The position numbers were made by a program, and so were the translations under genes. This document shows positions 37,488 through 47,539 of a stretch of 64,000 bases of DNA, piece by piece. The notes beneath the pieces were generated by a model. It was not told the DNA's origin. It made no database searches and saw only the letters and a program-made list of their open reading frames with translations. This DNA comes from a virus: positions 42,350 to 106,349 of IMG/VR virus record IMGVR_UViG_3300028615_000137; one strand, given 5' to 3'. Position 1 is the first letter of the stretch; every line of letters begins with the position of its first letter.

Positions 37488-38117
37488 ATGAGTAAAGCAT
37501 TTTTGAAGAACCAAGAAGTCGAACCTGATATTCCTACGATGCGCAAGTATGCGAAAATACTTGATTTAGATGTAGGCAAGAGACCGCGAAGAGATACGCT
37601 AGTAAAGGCTCTACAAGAGCATTTCGACAATGTAAAGGATGAAGTAGAAAACGAAGACGAACTATTGCTTTGCGAAAAATGTGGTCAATTTACAGACGAC
37701 AATCCTGCAATTAACGAATGTCCTTTTTGCGGCGATGAAGGTGAAGAAAACGAAGACTTTTTCAACGATGACACTGTAATATCTATTGTAGAAGATGACC
37801 AAGATGAAGAAAGTGATGAATCGGATGATGAAGAAGACGATATTGAATTGGATGAAGACGATAATTCAATTCAAGAGCCTATGAAAGTCGATTTGGATAA
37901 GGACATTTTTGAATATATTCCAGAACCTGTTGAAGAAGAGATTCAAGACGATTGGGGTCATAGTGAAAATTCTAATACCATCGAAATAGAACCGGAAGTT
38001 GAACAGGGACCATTTCAAATGTTTCAAGGTGCTGATTATTCATCTTCTGGGGATAAGGCTATAGTAACTATAGTTAGAAACGGCAAAATTGTTGATATAA
38101 AAACGATCGAATTGTAA
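37488..38117 (+). CDS. acidic Zn-ribbon protein
   Basis: CEKC...CPFC followed by a D/E-rich tract; start moved to ATG 37488. Confidence 0.6.
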   Translation: MSKAFLKNQEVEPDIPTMRKYAKILDLDVGKRPRRDTLVKALQEHFDNVKDEVENEDELLLCEKCGQFTDDNPAINECPFCGDEGEENEDFFNDDTVISIVEDDQDEESDESDDEEDDIELDEDDNSIQEPMKVDLDKDIFEYIPEPVEEEIQDDWGHSENSNTIEIEPEVEQGPFQMFQGADYSSSGDKAIVTIVRNGKIVDIKTIEL

Positions 38118-40550
38118 ATGGTAGAAGTAGTTTCGGGTTGGCACGATAACGATACAGTTTACCTTTTAGAGAGAAAGGAAGACGATAAGTTTAAATTACA
38201 TAAACATTATGCGCAGTGGTCTTTTTTTCTAAAGGGTGCTGATGAAAATGATTGTCAAGCCATAAAAGAAGTTGATGGTCGAATAGTACCTTTCTTCGAT
38301 AAAGCAAGTGATTATGTAAGATTTGATTGTGGCAATAGGTGGGCCAGAAAAGATATGGTCGAGTTGCTTTCTAATAACGACATAAATGTTTTAGAAGGTG
38401 ATGTAAGTCCGTTAACCAGATTCCTGAGTGACAAAAATTGTCAATACGAGATAGCCAAGAACTTTAAGATAGGATTCTTCGATTTAGAGACAGATTCTCG
38501 TGTAAAATTTGAAAGAGCTATAGAAGGTAAAGCTGCTATTCTTTCTTGGGCTCTTTGCGATGCTCAAGGCAATCATTGGGAAGATATAGTAGATGAAAAA
38601 GACCCGTTCGCTTCGTTTGAAGAAATGGAAGTGGACCCCGAATCTGAAAAAAAGATTTTGCTTAGATTTCTTAAATTGGCCGAACAGTTTGACGTTCTGA
38701 TGGCTTGGAACGGGGATGGCTTCGACTTTCCAGTCATACAAGAGCGTTGTAAAAGTTTAGGTATAAATGTTGTTTGGAAGCAATGGAATTTTTTAGATAG
38801 TCTAGAAGTATATAAAAAATACAACGTCGCTAACGAAGGTTCCGGCGAACAGAAGCAAAGTTTTAAGCTAGAACACGTAGCACAATACCTTCTTGGTGAA
38901 GGTAAGCACGACTTCGATTCGAGCAAAACGTGGGAAGCTTGGGCAAAGGGGTCTGAATCTAGACAAAAGTTACTTGATTATAACGTTCAAGATACTGCAC
39001 TTTTACCGAGAATTGAGGAAAAGTCTGGTTACATTCAGTTGCATTTTGTCGTTTGCCAAATTTGCAATCTATTTCCCAATTCTTGGTCTCTAAATGCCAC
39101 CATTCAAGGCGACGGATTTTTATTGAAATTGGGCGATGAATTCGATTATAGATTTCCTACAAGACACTATACTGATATACCGGAAAAGTTTAAGGGTGCT
39201 TATGTCATGAAACCACTTAAACTTGGTGCTATCGATAATGTTCATGTGGCGGACTTTGCAGGTCTATATCCAAGTATAATGCGTACTTGGAATATGAGTC
39301 TCGATACTAAATTGAAGGAACCAAATGAAACTTGTTGCAAGCTACCAGACCGTGAAACGTACTTTGAAACAACACGCCGGGGGATTGTGCCTATGGCTCT
39401 TGATAGACTGGTTGCGCAACGGGCGGAATATCAAAAGCTATTGGCACAAGCACAACCAGGATCGAAAGAATGGGTAAAATATAAGCAGCTTTCTTCTGCT
39501 TTTAAAATCGTCGCAAACTCATTCTATGGTATCGTCGGGTCGGCATTTTCCAGATTTTTCGACAAGGATGTCGCCGAAGGCGTAACGCAAACTGGTAAAT
39601 GGCTGTTGCTTGAGGTTATAGAAGAATCTAAACGACAGGGGCTCGAGCCGCTATATGGTGATTCAGATTCTGCGTTTGTTTCGGGAGACGCTGAGAAGTT
39701 CCAGGAAGTTGTTGATTATTTAAACAATTCGTGGACCGAACGCTTAAAGGAATTTGGAGTTTATGGTAAGCATCACATAAAACTAGAGTTTGAGAAGTCA
39801 TTTAATCGATTGATCATATTGGCTAAAAAGCGTTATGCTGCGTCTTTGGCCGGATATAAAGGCAAAGAAGCTACAGATGATGCGAGAGAAATTAAAGGTT
39901 TGGAGTATCGTCGTGGTGATACAATCATTCTTGCTAGAGAATTTCAAAAAGAAATTATAGACAGCTTGTTGGCTCCAGATTTGCCTAGTCCCAATAACGT
40001 TTGGGAAATTGTCAAAAAGCACCATAAGAAAATTCTAAATGGGGAACTGACTTTGGAACAGGTAACACTGTCGAAAGGACTTCAAAGGGCTCCCAATACT
40101 TATGGTGTAAATTACACAAAAGAAACGTGTGCAACTACATATTCACGTAAGGTAGAAACGGGAGAATTTTTTAAAAATGGTAAGCCCAAAACCAGGACAA
40201 TAAAGAGGAAGTGTGAATACGATTTTGGCGGTAAGCATCCAATGACTTCCCCCGTTTGTCCCGAATGTGGCGCGGAAAGAAATAAGAGTACGCCTCCTGC
40301 ACATGTCAGAGTGGCTAATAAGATGATTGAAGCGGGGGAACACGTTGAAGAGAGCGACAAAGTTTTTTATATAATTGCCAAACCCGACGATCCTAAGGAC
40401 AAAAAAGCTAATCCTTATCCTGCACACTGGGATAATGCATTACAAAAGGTTGACAGACAATACTATTGGACTAAACTAATATATCCACCTACATTGAGAA
40501 TATTGGAAGTGGTATATCCAGAGGAGCCATGGAGTGACATACTCAAATAA
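38118..40550 (+). CDS. family B DNA polymerase with 3'-5' exonuclease
   Basis: ExoI 'FDLET', ExoII 'WNGDGFDFP', ExoIII 'YNVQD'; 'DFAGLYPSIM', 'KIVANSFYG', 'YGDSDS', 'KKRYA'. Confidence 0.96.
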   Translation: MVEVVSGWHDNDTVYLLERKEDDKFKLHKHYAQWSFFLKGADENDCQAIKEVDGRIVPFFDKASDYVRFDCGNRWARKDMVELLSNNDINVLEGDVSPLTRFLSDKNCQYEIAKNFKIGFFDLETDSRVKFERAIEGKAAILSWALCDAQGNHWEDIVDEKDPFASFEEMEVDPESEKKILLRFLKLAEQFDVLMAWNGDGFDFPVIQERCKSLGINVVWKQWNFLDSLEVYKKYNVANEGSGEQKQSFKLEHVAQYLLGEGKHDFDSSKTWEAWAKGSESRQKLLDYNVQDTALLPRIEEKSGYIQLHFVVCQICNLFPNSWSLNATIQGDGFLLKLGDEFDYRFPTRHYTDIPEKFKGAYVMKPLKLGAIDNVHVADFAGLYPSIMRTWNMSLDTKLKEPNETCCKLPDRETYFETTRRGIVPMALDRLVAQRAEYQKLLAQAQPGSKEWVKYKQLSSAFKIVANSFYGIVGSAFSRFFDKDVAEGVTQTGKWLLLEVIEESKRQGLEPLYGDSDSAFVSGDAEKFQEVVDYLNNSWTERLKEFGVYGKHHIKLEFEKSFNRLIILAKKRYAASLAGYKGKEATDDAREIKGLEYRRGDTIILAREFQKEIIDSLLAPDLPSPNNVWEIVKKHHKKILNGELTLEQVTLSKGLQRAPNTYGVNYTKETCATTYSRKVETGEFFKNGKPKTRTIKRKCEYDFGGKHPMTSPVCPECGAERNKSTPPAHVRVANKMIEAGEHVEESDKVFYIIAKPDDPKDKKANPYPAHWDNALQKVDRQYYWTKLIYPPTLRILEVVYPEEPWSDILK

Positions 40551-41031
40551 ATGGGGCAAAGTAATAAAGTCAGTCATTGATGTTGGCGATGTCGACGAAA
40601 TGTGGAATTATTTGAATAAAGAACTCGTGTTGAACGAATCTAAGACTTCTTATAATGCTCTTCGTAATGCGGTAGATAAGTCCGCTAAAAATTTGGTCGA
40701 TGCTTCTAGACTATATAACGCTGCTAAGATGGATTATGAATCGGAAGAAAGGCATATTTCAGGTGAATTAGAGAAGCTTCGTATGAAAACCAGAAAAGAA
40801 CTTATGAAAGATAAGAAAAATATTGCTGGTCAAATCACTAAGGAAATGATTGAAGATCAAACTTTCTTGTCTAATCCTAGTGAATATGAAACTTTACAAA
40901 TGAGATTGACAGAGTTAAAGTCAATGCTCGATACATTTAAAAAATTGGTTGATGCATGGCAGTCTAGAACTGCTGATTTAAGATATTTATTTGATAAAGC
41001 ACACTTAGAACGATTACAAACTAAAGTATAA
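40534..41031 (+). CDS. putative recombination mediator (UvsY-like helical protein)
   Basis: Coiled-coil pattern; position between the polymerase and SSB/RecA. Confidence 0.45.
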   Translation: MTYSNKWGKVIKSVIDVGDVDEMWNYLNKELVLNESKTSYNALRNAVDKSAKNLVDASRLYNAAKMDYESEERHISGELEKLRMKTRKELMKDKKNIAGQITKEMIEDQTFLSNPSEYETLQMRLTELKSMLDTFKKLVDAWQSRTADLRYLFDKAHLERLQTKV

Positions 41032-41043
41032 AGGAAATAACCA

Positions 41044-41949
41044 ATGGGACTTAATTTAAAGGATTTTTTGACAAGCGACGCGGAACAACCTAAGGGAAAC
41101 AGGAAGTTTCTCAAGAATTGGAAGAAAGATGGGGAGATTGTTGTTTTTCTGTCGACTCAAGCGGATTTTTGTTATCCGTTTTGGTCACATCAATTTTATA
41201 CTAACGAAGTTTTCGTAGATGATAGGACCGGAGAGGAAAAGGAATTTTTAAAGCTTAGAAAGTTTGTTTCTCCAGAGTCTGATGTAGTACTAAAGCAACA
41301 ATATTTTCGCGAGCAGAACAACGGCGATGTTCTCCAAACGCCTGTACTTTTGGATCCATTTATTAAGCTACGCGAGTGGTTGCGTCTAGAATGTGAAGAT
41401 ATGCCACTGGATCAGGTAGTTTTTCAATGGCACGATCCTAAGCATAACAAGGATATTATTTGGCGACGAGGCGAACTTGCTAAGCTTGTAGACAAGACTA
41501 AGGATACTTTTTCACATACGCTCGATGCCAAAAAAGAATACTTCTTTGTTGTTGCTGATGCTAACGAACTTTCTAGCGGCCTTCAAATTGCTCGTGTGAC
41601 CAAGAGCTTGGGAGATGCTATTAGAGTTGAAGTTGAAAAGATTATTGACTCTGAAGGTGAAGAAGAGGGCAATCCTCAAGTAACTCCATATGCTCTAAAG
41701 TGGAAGTTTGATAATACCGCTCCGCCTGCCAAGATGTATAGTGCTGCTCAATACAAGCGCGTTAAGCCAACTGACGATGTCTTGGAAGTGATCAACAATC
41801 CGTCGTTTCCAGATCCTGAACCGGAATGCGCGCCCAAGGATAATGATATGGAAGAAATTCGCGCCGCGATGGTCGACGCTGCAACAATTGATCTTCCGCT
41901 CGATATGTTATTTTCTTCTGTTGAAAACGAAGATCAAGCGGCTGAATAA
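41044..41949 (+). CDS. putative single-stranded DNA-binding protein
   Basis: Aromatic-rich core, 'GNP...PY', acidic C-terminus, upstream of RecA. Confidence 0.5.
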   Translation: MGLNLKDFLTSDAEQPKGNRKFLKNWKKDGEIVVFLSTQADFCYPFWSHQFYTNEVFVDDRTGEEKEFLKLRKFVSPESDVVLKQQYFREQNNGDVLQTPVLLDPFIKLREWLRLECEDMPLDQVVFQWHDPKHNKDIIWRRGELAKLVDKTKDTFSHTLDAKKEYFFVVADANELSSGLQIARVTKSLGDAIRVEVEKIIDSEGEEEGNPQVTPYALKWKFDNTAPPAKMYSAAQYKRVKPTDDVLEVINNPSFPDPEPECAPKDNDMEEIRAAMVDAATIDLPLDMLFSSVENEDQAAE

Positions 41950-43052
41950 TGTCTAAATTTGCAGATCCTTCCAAATATATAAAGAGTTGGAAGTCTGCTG
42001 CCGACGTTGCAAGAAATGTGGTTGCGGTTAGGACGATATATCCTGGCTTCAATCACATTTCGCGCGTTGGTGGTCTACCTTCTGGTCGGATTATCACAGT
42101 ACATGGACCTACTCATGGATCCAAGTCGGCATTTGCTCTGGGTTTGATAAAGTCTTTCGTAGATGCAGGTCATTGGGCTAAGCTTATTGACGCAGAGCAT
42201 AGTACTCCGCGCGACTTTATGGAACAATTGTTGGGCGATTCGCTAGATAATTTGCCAAATTTTTCTTTGTTGGAGCCTAAGTTATACGAAGATGCGATGA
42301 ATGAAGTCGACGAATTCTTAGAAGGCGTAAAGTCTGCTAGAAAGGAATTCCCGGAACTTTGTTCTATCGTAGTTGTAGATAGCATCAACAAGCTGGTACC
42401 GGAACGAGAATATAAAGCTGTTCTTAAAGGTGGTGGTACCGAAATGGGCAAAAAGCATCAAGGAAGGGATAGAGCTGGTTTAAACCAAGTGTGGTTAGAT
42501 CATATAAATCCATTGCTTGCAGATGCTGGTTGTTCTTTTGTAATAATCGCTCAAGAAAGAGATTTGCCACCTTCGCCTTATCCTGTAGCTTCTCATAAGT
42601 CTGTTTACGTCAAGGGCGGCGAGTGTTTGAAGTTCGATGCTTCGATGGTTATACGAGTATCTAGGGCTGCTCCTGTGAAGCCTAGTCCTACTAGTAAAGA
42701 AGTTTTGGGTTACAAATATAGAATTAGACTGTATAAAAACAAATGTGGCCACATGGATGGCGACTATTCAGAAGCTAGTTTCCACATGCAACTTCCAGAT
42801 GGCGTCAATAACCCCGGATTTGATATTGAACGAGACACGATGGAATATGCCATTGAATTAGGTATTATTGAACAAAAAGGTGCCTGGTTTGTTTTGGGAG
42901 AAGATAAATTTCAGGGTAAAAATGCTGTGATCTCTAGACTAAAAACAGATCAATCATTTTTTGATTCTTTGATGGATAAGATATATGCAGCCGATGTGAT
43001 AGAGTTGAGCGAAGAAAATGAAGAACACGACAAAAATTTTGATAACGAGTGA
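41949..43052 (+). CDS. recA: RecA/UvsX-like recombinase
   Basis: 'GGLPSGRI..V.GP', 'IDAEH', 'VVVDSI', 'GGECLKF.AS..I', 'KNK', 'II.QKGAWF....K.QG'. Confidence 0.92.
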   Translation: MSKFADPSKYIKSWKSAADVARNVVAVRTIYPGFNHISRVGGLPSGRIITVHGPTHGSKSAFALGLIKSFVDAGHWAKLIDAEHSTPRDFMEQLLGDSLDNLPNFSLLEPKLYEDAMNEVDEFLEGVKSARKEFPELCSIVVVDSINKLVPEREYKAVLKGGGTEMGKKHQGRDRAGLNQVWLDHINPLLADAGCSFVIIAQERDLPPSPYPVASHKSVYVKGGECLKFDASMVIRVSRAAPVKPSPTSKEVLGYKYRIRLYKNKCGHMDGDYSEASFHMQLPDGVNNPGFDIERDTMEYAIELGIIEQKGAWFVLGEDKFQGKNAVISRLKTDQSFFDSLMDKIYAADVIELSEENEEHDKNFDNE

Positions 43053-43752
43053 TTGGCATGTAGATACATACATAGCTGGAGTACCGTTACTAGACAATTT
43101 TTATAAATTTCGAGACATCGTTGTAGATGTTTTGAGAAAAGAAAATATAGATGTTTTTCTTTTCACCGGTGACGCTTTCGATCCTGGTAGTAGGTTGGAT
43201 GCATTATATACAGCTACTATTATTGATACTGCTTATTTATTTTCCAATTACGTTTCTGAAAGTTATTGGATTGCTGGTAATCATGATGTAGTAGAAACTA
43301 GAAATGTTTTAACTACTTTATCGCCATTAAAATGTGCTCGTATTAAAAATACGGCTGTCTTAGAACATCCCGTACGCTATTTTGGCAGATATTTCGAATT
43401 AATTGCTTTGCCGTATGTTTCCCGTTCTGCATACAATGAAGATTTCTATACAGTATTAGAACATAAGGTTAAAAACATGCCGTTAATTGTTGCTGGTCAT
43501 ATGACAGTGCCCGGAGCTATGATGGGTTCCGAGTCGCGAGAAATGGCAAGGGGCAGAGACCTAGATTTACCAATTGATAAAATCGCGAAGCTGGAACCCT
43601 CTTTGGTTGTAAATGGTCATTATCACAATTCTCAGATTATTAAGGCTAAAAACGGCTTGGAAATCTTGGTGCCCGGTTCTCCGTTCAAAATGAACTTTGG
43701 GGAAACTGGTGATACACAAAAGGGATATACAATTGTCGAACTGGAAGTATGA
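43018..43752 (+). CDS. sbcD: SbcD/Mre11-like nuclease, N-terminal phosphoesterase part
   Basis: 'TSDWH', 'GDAFD', 'AGNHD', 'GHYH', 'PGSP...NFGE...KG'. Confidence 0.88.
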   Translation: MKNTTKILITSDWHVDTYIAGVPLLDNFYKFRDIVVDVLRKENIDVFLFTGDAFDPGSRLDALYTATIIDTAYLFSNYVSESYWIAGNHDVVETRNVLTTLSPLKCARIKNTAVLEHPVRYFGRYFELIALPYVSRSAYNEDFYTVLEHKVKNMPLIVAGHMTVPGAMMGSESREMARGRDLDLPIDKIAKLEPSLVVNGHYHNSQIIKAKNGLEILVPGSPFKMNFGETGDTQKGYTIVELEV

Positions 43753-44119
43753 TTTTGTCGAAGTACCGATCAATGAAGTAATTCAAATAAATTCTTTTAA
43801 AGAATTGGACGAACTTTACTTAAATGACCAACTTGATTGTTTTGTCAAAGTATCCATTTTAGTCAAGCAGTCAGAGGCTCATAAATTCGACGCTCAAAAA
43901 ATTCGAGATAAGTTGTATGATTTGGGCGCAAAGTCTGTTATTTTGGAGCCTAAATTTGTCAAAGATGTTGAACAGGATAAGACTCGAAAAGCTTTCAAAG
44001 TTAGTAAGACATCATTTCAGTCTGTGAAGGATTACGTAGATGAATTACCGATTGAAAACATGGACAAAATTCTTGTTCAAAATTTGATTACGAACTTTAT
44101 GAGTCAAGAAGGTATATGA
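43739..44119 (+). CDS. SbcD C-terminal (capping/Rad50-binding) part, in a different frame
   Basis: 'YDFVEVP...FVKV...KLYDLGAKSV' continues the usual SbcD/gp47 architecture; no convincing own start. Confidence 0.6.
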   Translation, partial: NWKYDFVEVPINEVIQINSFKELDELYLNDQLDCFVKVSILVKQSEAHKFDAQKIRDKLYDLGAKSVILEPKFVKDVEQDKTRKAFKVSKTSFQSVKDYVDELPIENMDKILVQNLITNFMSQEGI

Positions 44120-46050
44120 TAATCAAAGAAATAAATCTGCAAAATTGGATGTGTTTCAGAGGTAAGCAAAAATTAGAAAACTTGCCTTCTGGCGCTATTA
44201 GCATATGTGCTAGTTATTCAGATAATCCAAGGCGTAGTAATTGGGGTGGTAAGTCCGCCTTTCTAGAGGCTATTGAATGGTGCTTGTACGGGGTTCATCG
44301 CAAGCGTCTAGAAGACGAAATCATATACAATGGAGCCAAAGAAACTTCTGTTACACTTATTTTTGATGATGGTATGGAAGTTGTTCGTTCGAGAATTAAA
44401 GGCAAATCCACAAAACTTGCCGTTCATATCAAGAATGATACTTATAAGCAAAAAGATGCTCAGAACATAATAGAAAAGTTATTAGGCTTTGATCAACAGG
44501 ATTATAGAGCCACTGTAAATTTCGCACAAGGTGATACTTCTTCGATTGTCGAAAAAACGAACAGTCAACGTAGAAGTATCTTAGATACCTGGCTCGGAAT
44601 GGACATGTGGAGTAGAATCCATGCTCGTGCAAAGGTACATTTGGAAACTTTGGAAAAAGATCTTGAATCGTATTCCTTAGTTCTTTCTGAAAGCGATCTA
44701 GAAATATTAAATTCAGACTCGGAAAGTCTCGAAGAAGAAATTGCAGGATTGAAAACCAGCGAAGATAAAAAACATGAAAATATAAAACGTCTCGAAGAAG
44801 AAATATCCGAAGCTACAAAAAGTATTGCTTTACAAACAACAAGGGATACAATCGAGAAAACTCAAAAAGAGATATCAGAGGTTAGAGAAGAACTTTCAAA
44901 GCTAAAAATTCTGCCCGTTTCTGAACATAAAGATAATCTATCTCTAATTGAACGAGATATTTATACCAAGTCTACTAGATTAGCTGAATTGACAAAAATT
45001 CTTGACAGTGGTTTCCAAGGCATTTGTCCATTGGTCAAGGAAGCTTGTCCGTCTTGCGATTTTGTAAATTCAAAAGTAGATTCTATGAACAGCGAACAAG
45101 AGAATTTAAAAACTGAATTAGGAGTTTTAAAAAAAGAAAAGGCATTTTTATCTCGCAAATTGGGCGACATAGAATTGAATAATGGGAAAGCTTCTTCGCT
45201 TAAAACTAAATTAGAGAATTTAGAAAGTAAGCTACAAGACTTGCAAAAAACATTTATCGTTGAAGAAGTCTATGAGGAGGAGCAATTAAAAACTTTAAAG
45301 GAAAAACTTGGGGAAGAGCGAAAAGAACTTACCGATATTGGACAAGAAATTCGCGATTTGTCAAAGATTTTGTCCGACAAAGAAAAGCTCGTAGAAAAAA
45401 TAGAAGAAAATAACAAGGCTAAATTAGAAGTCGAAGAATCTTTGAAAATAGCTAAAATAGCTAATCAAGTTCTTAGTCCCCTCGGTTTACCTCTGTTAAT
45501 CAGAGAATCCTTATTTAAAGAATTGGAAGAAAATGTAAATCTGTTATTGGACGGCACAGATTTAGATGTAGAATTTTCCTGGTGTAGAGAGACTAAGAAG
45601 TTGTCTGATTCTTGCGTCGGTTGTGGGTACATGTATAGAGGGCAAGCAGACAAACAATGCCCTGCTTGTAACATAGAAAGAGCGAAAAAATTATCCGACG
45701 AAGTTGAAATTCTAGTTTCAGACGGTTCAAATGTCATTGAAGACGTTAAATACAAAAGTGGCGGGGCTAAAGTATTAGTCGGCTCTGCTATTCGCTTCGC
45801 GGCTAGTAGAATTTTGAAAAGTAATAGAGATTCTTTATGTGAATGGTCTCAAATAGATGAGCCATTTGGACCATTAGATGTCCATAATAGAAAAGATCTT
45901 GCAAATACTTTTGCTAATATGCTAGAGGTAGTAGGTATTAGACAATCGTTTGTAGTGAGTCACGATTCTAATATTTTAGATTCTTTGCCTGGACGTATTG
46001 AGATAATGCGTCATAATGGCTATTCGGAGATAAAAAATGCTTGTAGTTAA
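44116..46050 (+). CDS. sbcC: SbcC/Rad50-like ATPase
   Basis: 'LQNWMCFRG', 'NWGGKS', Q-loop 'FAQG', coiled coil with CPL..CPSC hook, 'KSGG', 'IDEPFGPLD', 'VVSH'. Confidence 0.93.
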   Translation: MIIKEINLQNWMCFRGKQKLENLPSGAISICASYSDNPRRSNWGGKSAFLEAIEWCLYGVHRKRLEDEIIYNGAKETSVTLIFDDGMEVVRSRIKGKSTKLAVHIKNDTYKQKDAQNIIEKLLGFDQQDYRATVNFAQGDTSSIVEKTNSQRRSILDTWLGMDMWSRIHARAKVHLETLEKDLESYSLVLSESDLEILNSDSESLEEEIAGLKTSEDKKHENIKRLEEEISEATKSIALQTTRDTIEKTQKEISEVREELSKLKILPVSEHKDNLSLIERDIYTKSTRLAELTKILDSGFQGICPLVKEACPSCDFVNSKVDSMNSEQENLKTELGVLKKEKAFLSRKLGDIELNNGKASSLKTKLENLESKLQDLQKTFIVEEVYEEEQLKTLKEKLGEERKELTDIGQEIRDLSKILSDKEKLVEKIEENNKAKLEVEESLKIAKIANQVLSPLGLPLLIRESLFKELEENVNLLLDGTDLDVEFSWCRETKKLSDSCVGCGYMYRGQADKQCPACNIERAKKLSDEVEILVSDGSNVIEDVKYKSGGAKVLVGSAIRFAASRILKSNRDSLCEWSQIDEPFGPLDVHNRKDLANTFANMLEVVGIRQSFVVSHDSNILDSLPGRIEIMRHNGYSEIKNACS

Positions 46051-46065
46051 AATAGAAGAAGTAAA

Positions 46066-46236
46066 ATGAATATTTATTTTGATTATAGAAATAAGTATTA
46101 TAAAGTTTTTGTTTATTATAGTCCTGGTTATTCTTCTCCATGGCGTGTAAAAATTCCAGAACTTCGATTAGAAGCTACTGGCAGCACTATAGAAAAATGC
46201 TTTAAACAGTTGTCTTTGATGGCAACAAACGTTTAA
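46066..46236 (+). CDS. small HicB-like protein (56 aa)
   Basis: Read manually: MNIYFDYRNKYYKVFVYYSPGYSSPWRVKIPELRLEATGSTIEKCFKQLSLMATNV. Confidence 0.4.
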   Translation: MNIYFDYRNKYYKVFVYYSPGYSSPWRVKIPELRLEATGSTIEKCFKQLSLMATNV

Positions 46237-46893
46237 ATGAAAAAAACCAAGGCTAATGAAAAAATATATTGGAATAGAAAGCCGTGGCCTTGTGTGATTA
46301 TTTCGGTAGATCCTGGAAAGCATGCCGGAGCTTCGATACTTAGTTCTAAGGGGCGAGATATTGAAGTTCATTACGTTCAAACGGTAGAAACCAATTCGGT
46401 ACAAGTAGAAGGTATGATAGTCAAGGCTATAGATGTGGCCTATAAACTACGTCTAAAGCTCTTTCTAGTGACAGAAACGTGGGGAGCGGGGGGACCTATG
46501 GGTATAGACCAATGGTGTGGTCTGGGCGCCGCTAGGGGTGCGTGGGAACGTGCCATGCATCTTTACATTCCCATTTCTAGTAATGTAATAGTTAAAAGTA
46601 GACATAAAACCAGGATAAACTGTCAAACCTGGAGAGCCTGGATGATTGGAAAAAATGGAGAAAAAAATGGAGGAAAATTTACTCGTTTTGACGATTTGGG
46701 GTGGAAAGATGCTGCAAAAGAGGCTATACCTAAGTTCTATCCCAAATTGAATGTAGAGGGATTAGATCATAACGCTCTAGAATCTGTGTTAATAGGAACA
46801 CATGCTTTTAGGAGTGACGAAGTAGGAAAATTACTAACTAAGAAAGAGAGAAAGCAACATGAGCAAGACAACAGGAAAGAATCGAATTACTAA
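46237..46893 (+). CDS. RuvC-like Holliday junction resolvase
   Basis: 'IISVDPGKHAG', 'VTE', 'TWR', 'DHNALESVLIG'. Confidence 0.7.
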   Translation: MKKTKANEKIYWNRKPWPCVIISVDPGKHAGASILSSKGRDIEVHYVQTVETNSVQVEGMIVKAIDVAYKLRLKLFLVTETWGAGGPMGIDQWCGLGAARGAWERAMHLYIPISSNVIVKSRHKTRINCQTWRAWMIGKNGEKNGGKFTRFDDLGWKDAAKEAIPKFYPKLNVEGLDHNALESVLIGTHAFRSDEVGKLLTKKERKQHEQDNRKESNY

Positions 46894-47539
46894 CGATCGC
46901 TATTTGACGCCCCCATGGGCTATTAAGAGGTTTGTAGAAGAGTTTCCGTGGAGTGCTAGGTTTGGCGACGAAGGAACTATACGAGCCATCGAACCTGCCT
47001 ATGGCGAGGGAAATATCATTCGCGTCTTGAACGAACATCCACAGCTTCAATACTTTGAATGGCAAGCTATTGATATTCAAGAGCCGGAGTTTGATCTTCC
47101 GAATAATACAGATTTTTCGCGGAATAATTTCTTGGATGTTGATTTTGGCGAAGATAATTTTGATCTTCTTATTACCAATCCGCCTTTTTCCTTGGCGATG
47201 GAATATGTGACCAAGGGTCTAAAAATTGCAGAACATGTAATTCTAATGCTACGTCTAAATTTCCTTGGTTCGCACAAGCGTAATAAATTTTTCCGAGAGA
47301 ATATGCCTAATACTTATGTGTTGCCTAATCGTGTAAGCTATACTGCTAACGGCAAGGCAGATTCTTGTGAGATTGCCTGGATGCATTGGGATCGTGAAAA
47401 TCTAGCGGATTTTGGCATGCAACGTATTTTGAAGGATACTCCTGCCGAAGAACGAAAGTCAGACCGCAATCGAATTGTAGGCTTTGAAGAGTTTGCCATT
47501 GAAACTACTTCTGAGGCTAGTGACAATGCCGCTGAGTGA
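46859..47539 (+). CDS. DNA N6-adenine methyltransferase
   Basis: 'DRYLTPPW', SAM-binding 'EPAYGEG', catalytic 'TNPPFS', 'LRLNFL'. Confidence 0.9.
   Translation: MSKTTGKNRITNDRYLTPPWAIKRFVEEFPWSARFGDEGTIRAIEPAYGEGNIIRVLNEHPQLQYFEWQAIDIQEPEFDLPNNTDFSRNNFLDVDFGEDNFDLLITNPPFSLAMEYVTKGLKIAEHVILMLRLNFLGSHKRNKFFRENMPNTYVLPNRVSYTANGKADSCEIAWMHWDRENLADFGMQRILKDTPAEERKSDRNRIVGFEEFAIETTSEASDNAAE

Noticed and set aside
43750-43800. TGA readthrough or genetic-code reassignment
   Set aside because: The same frame hits further stops at once, and all long genes are intact under the standard code
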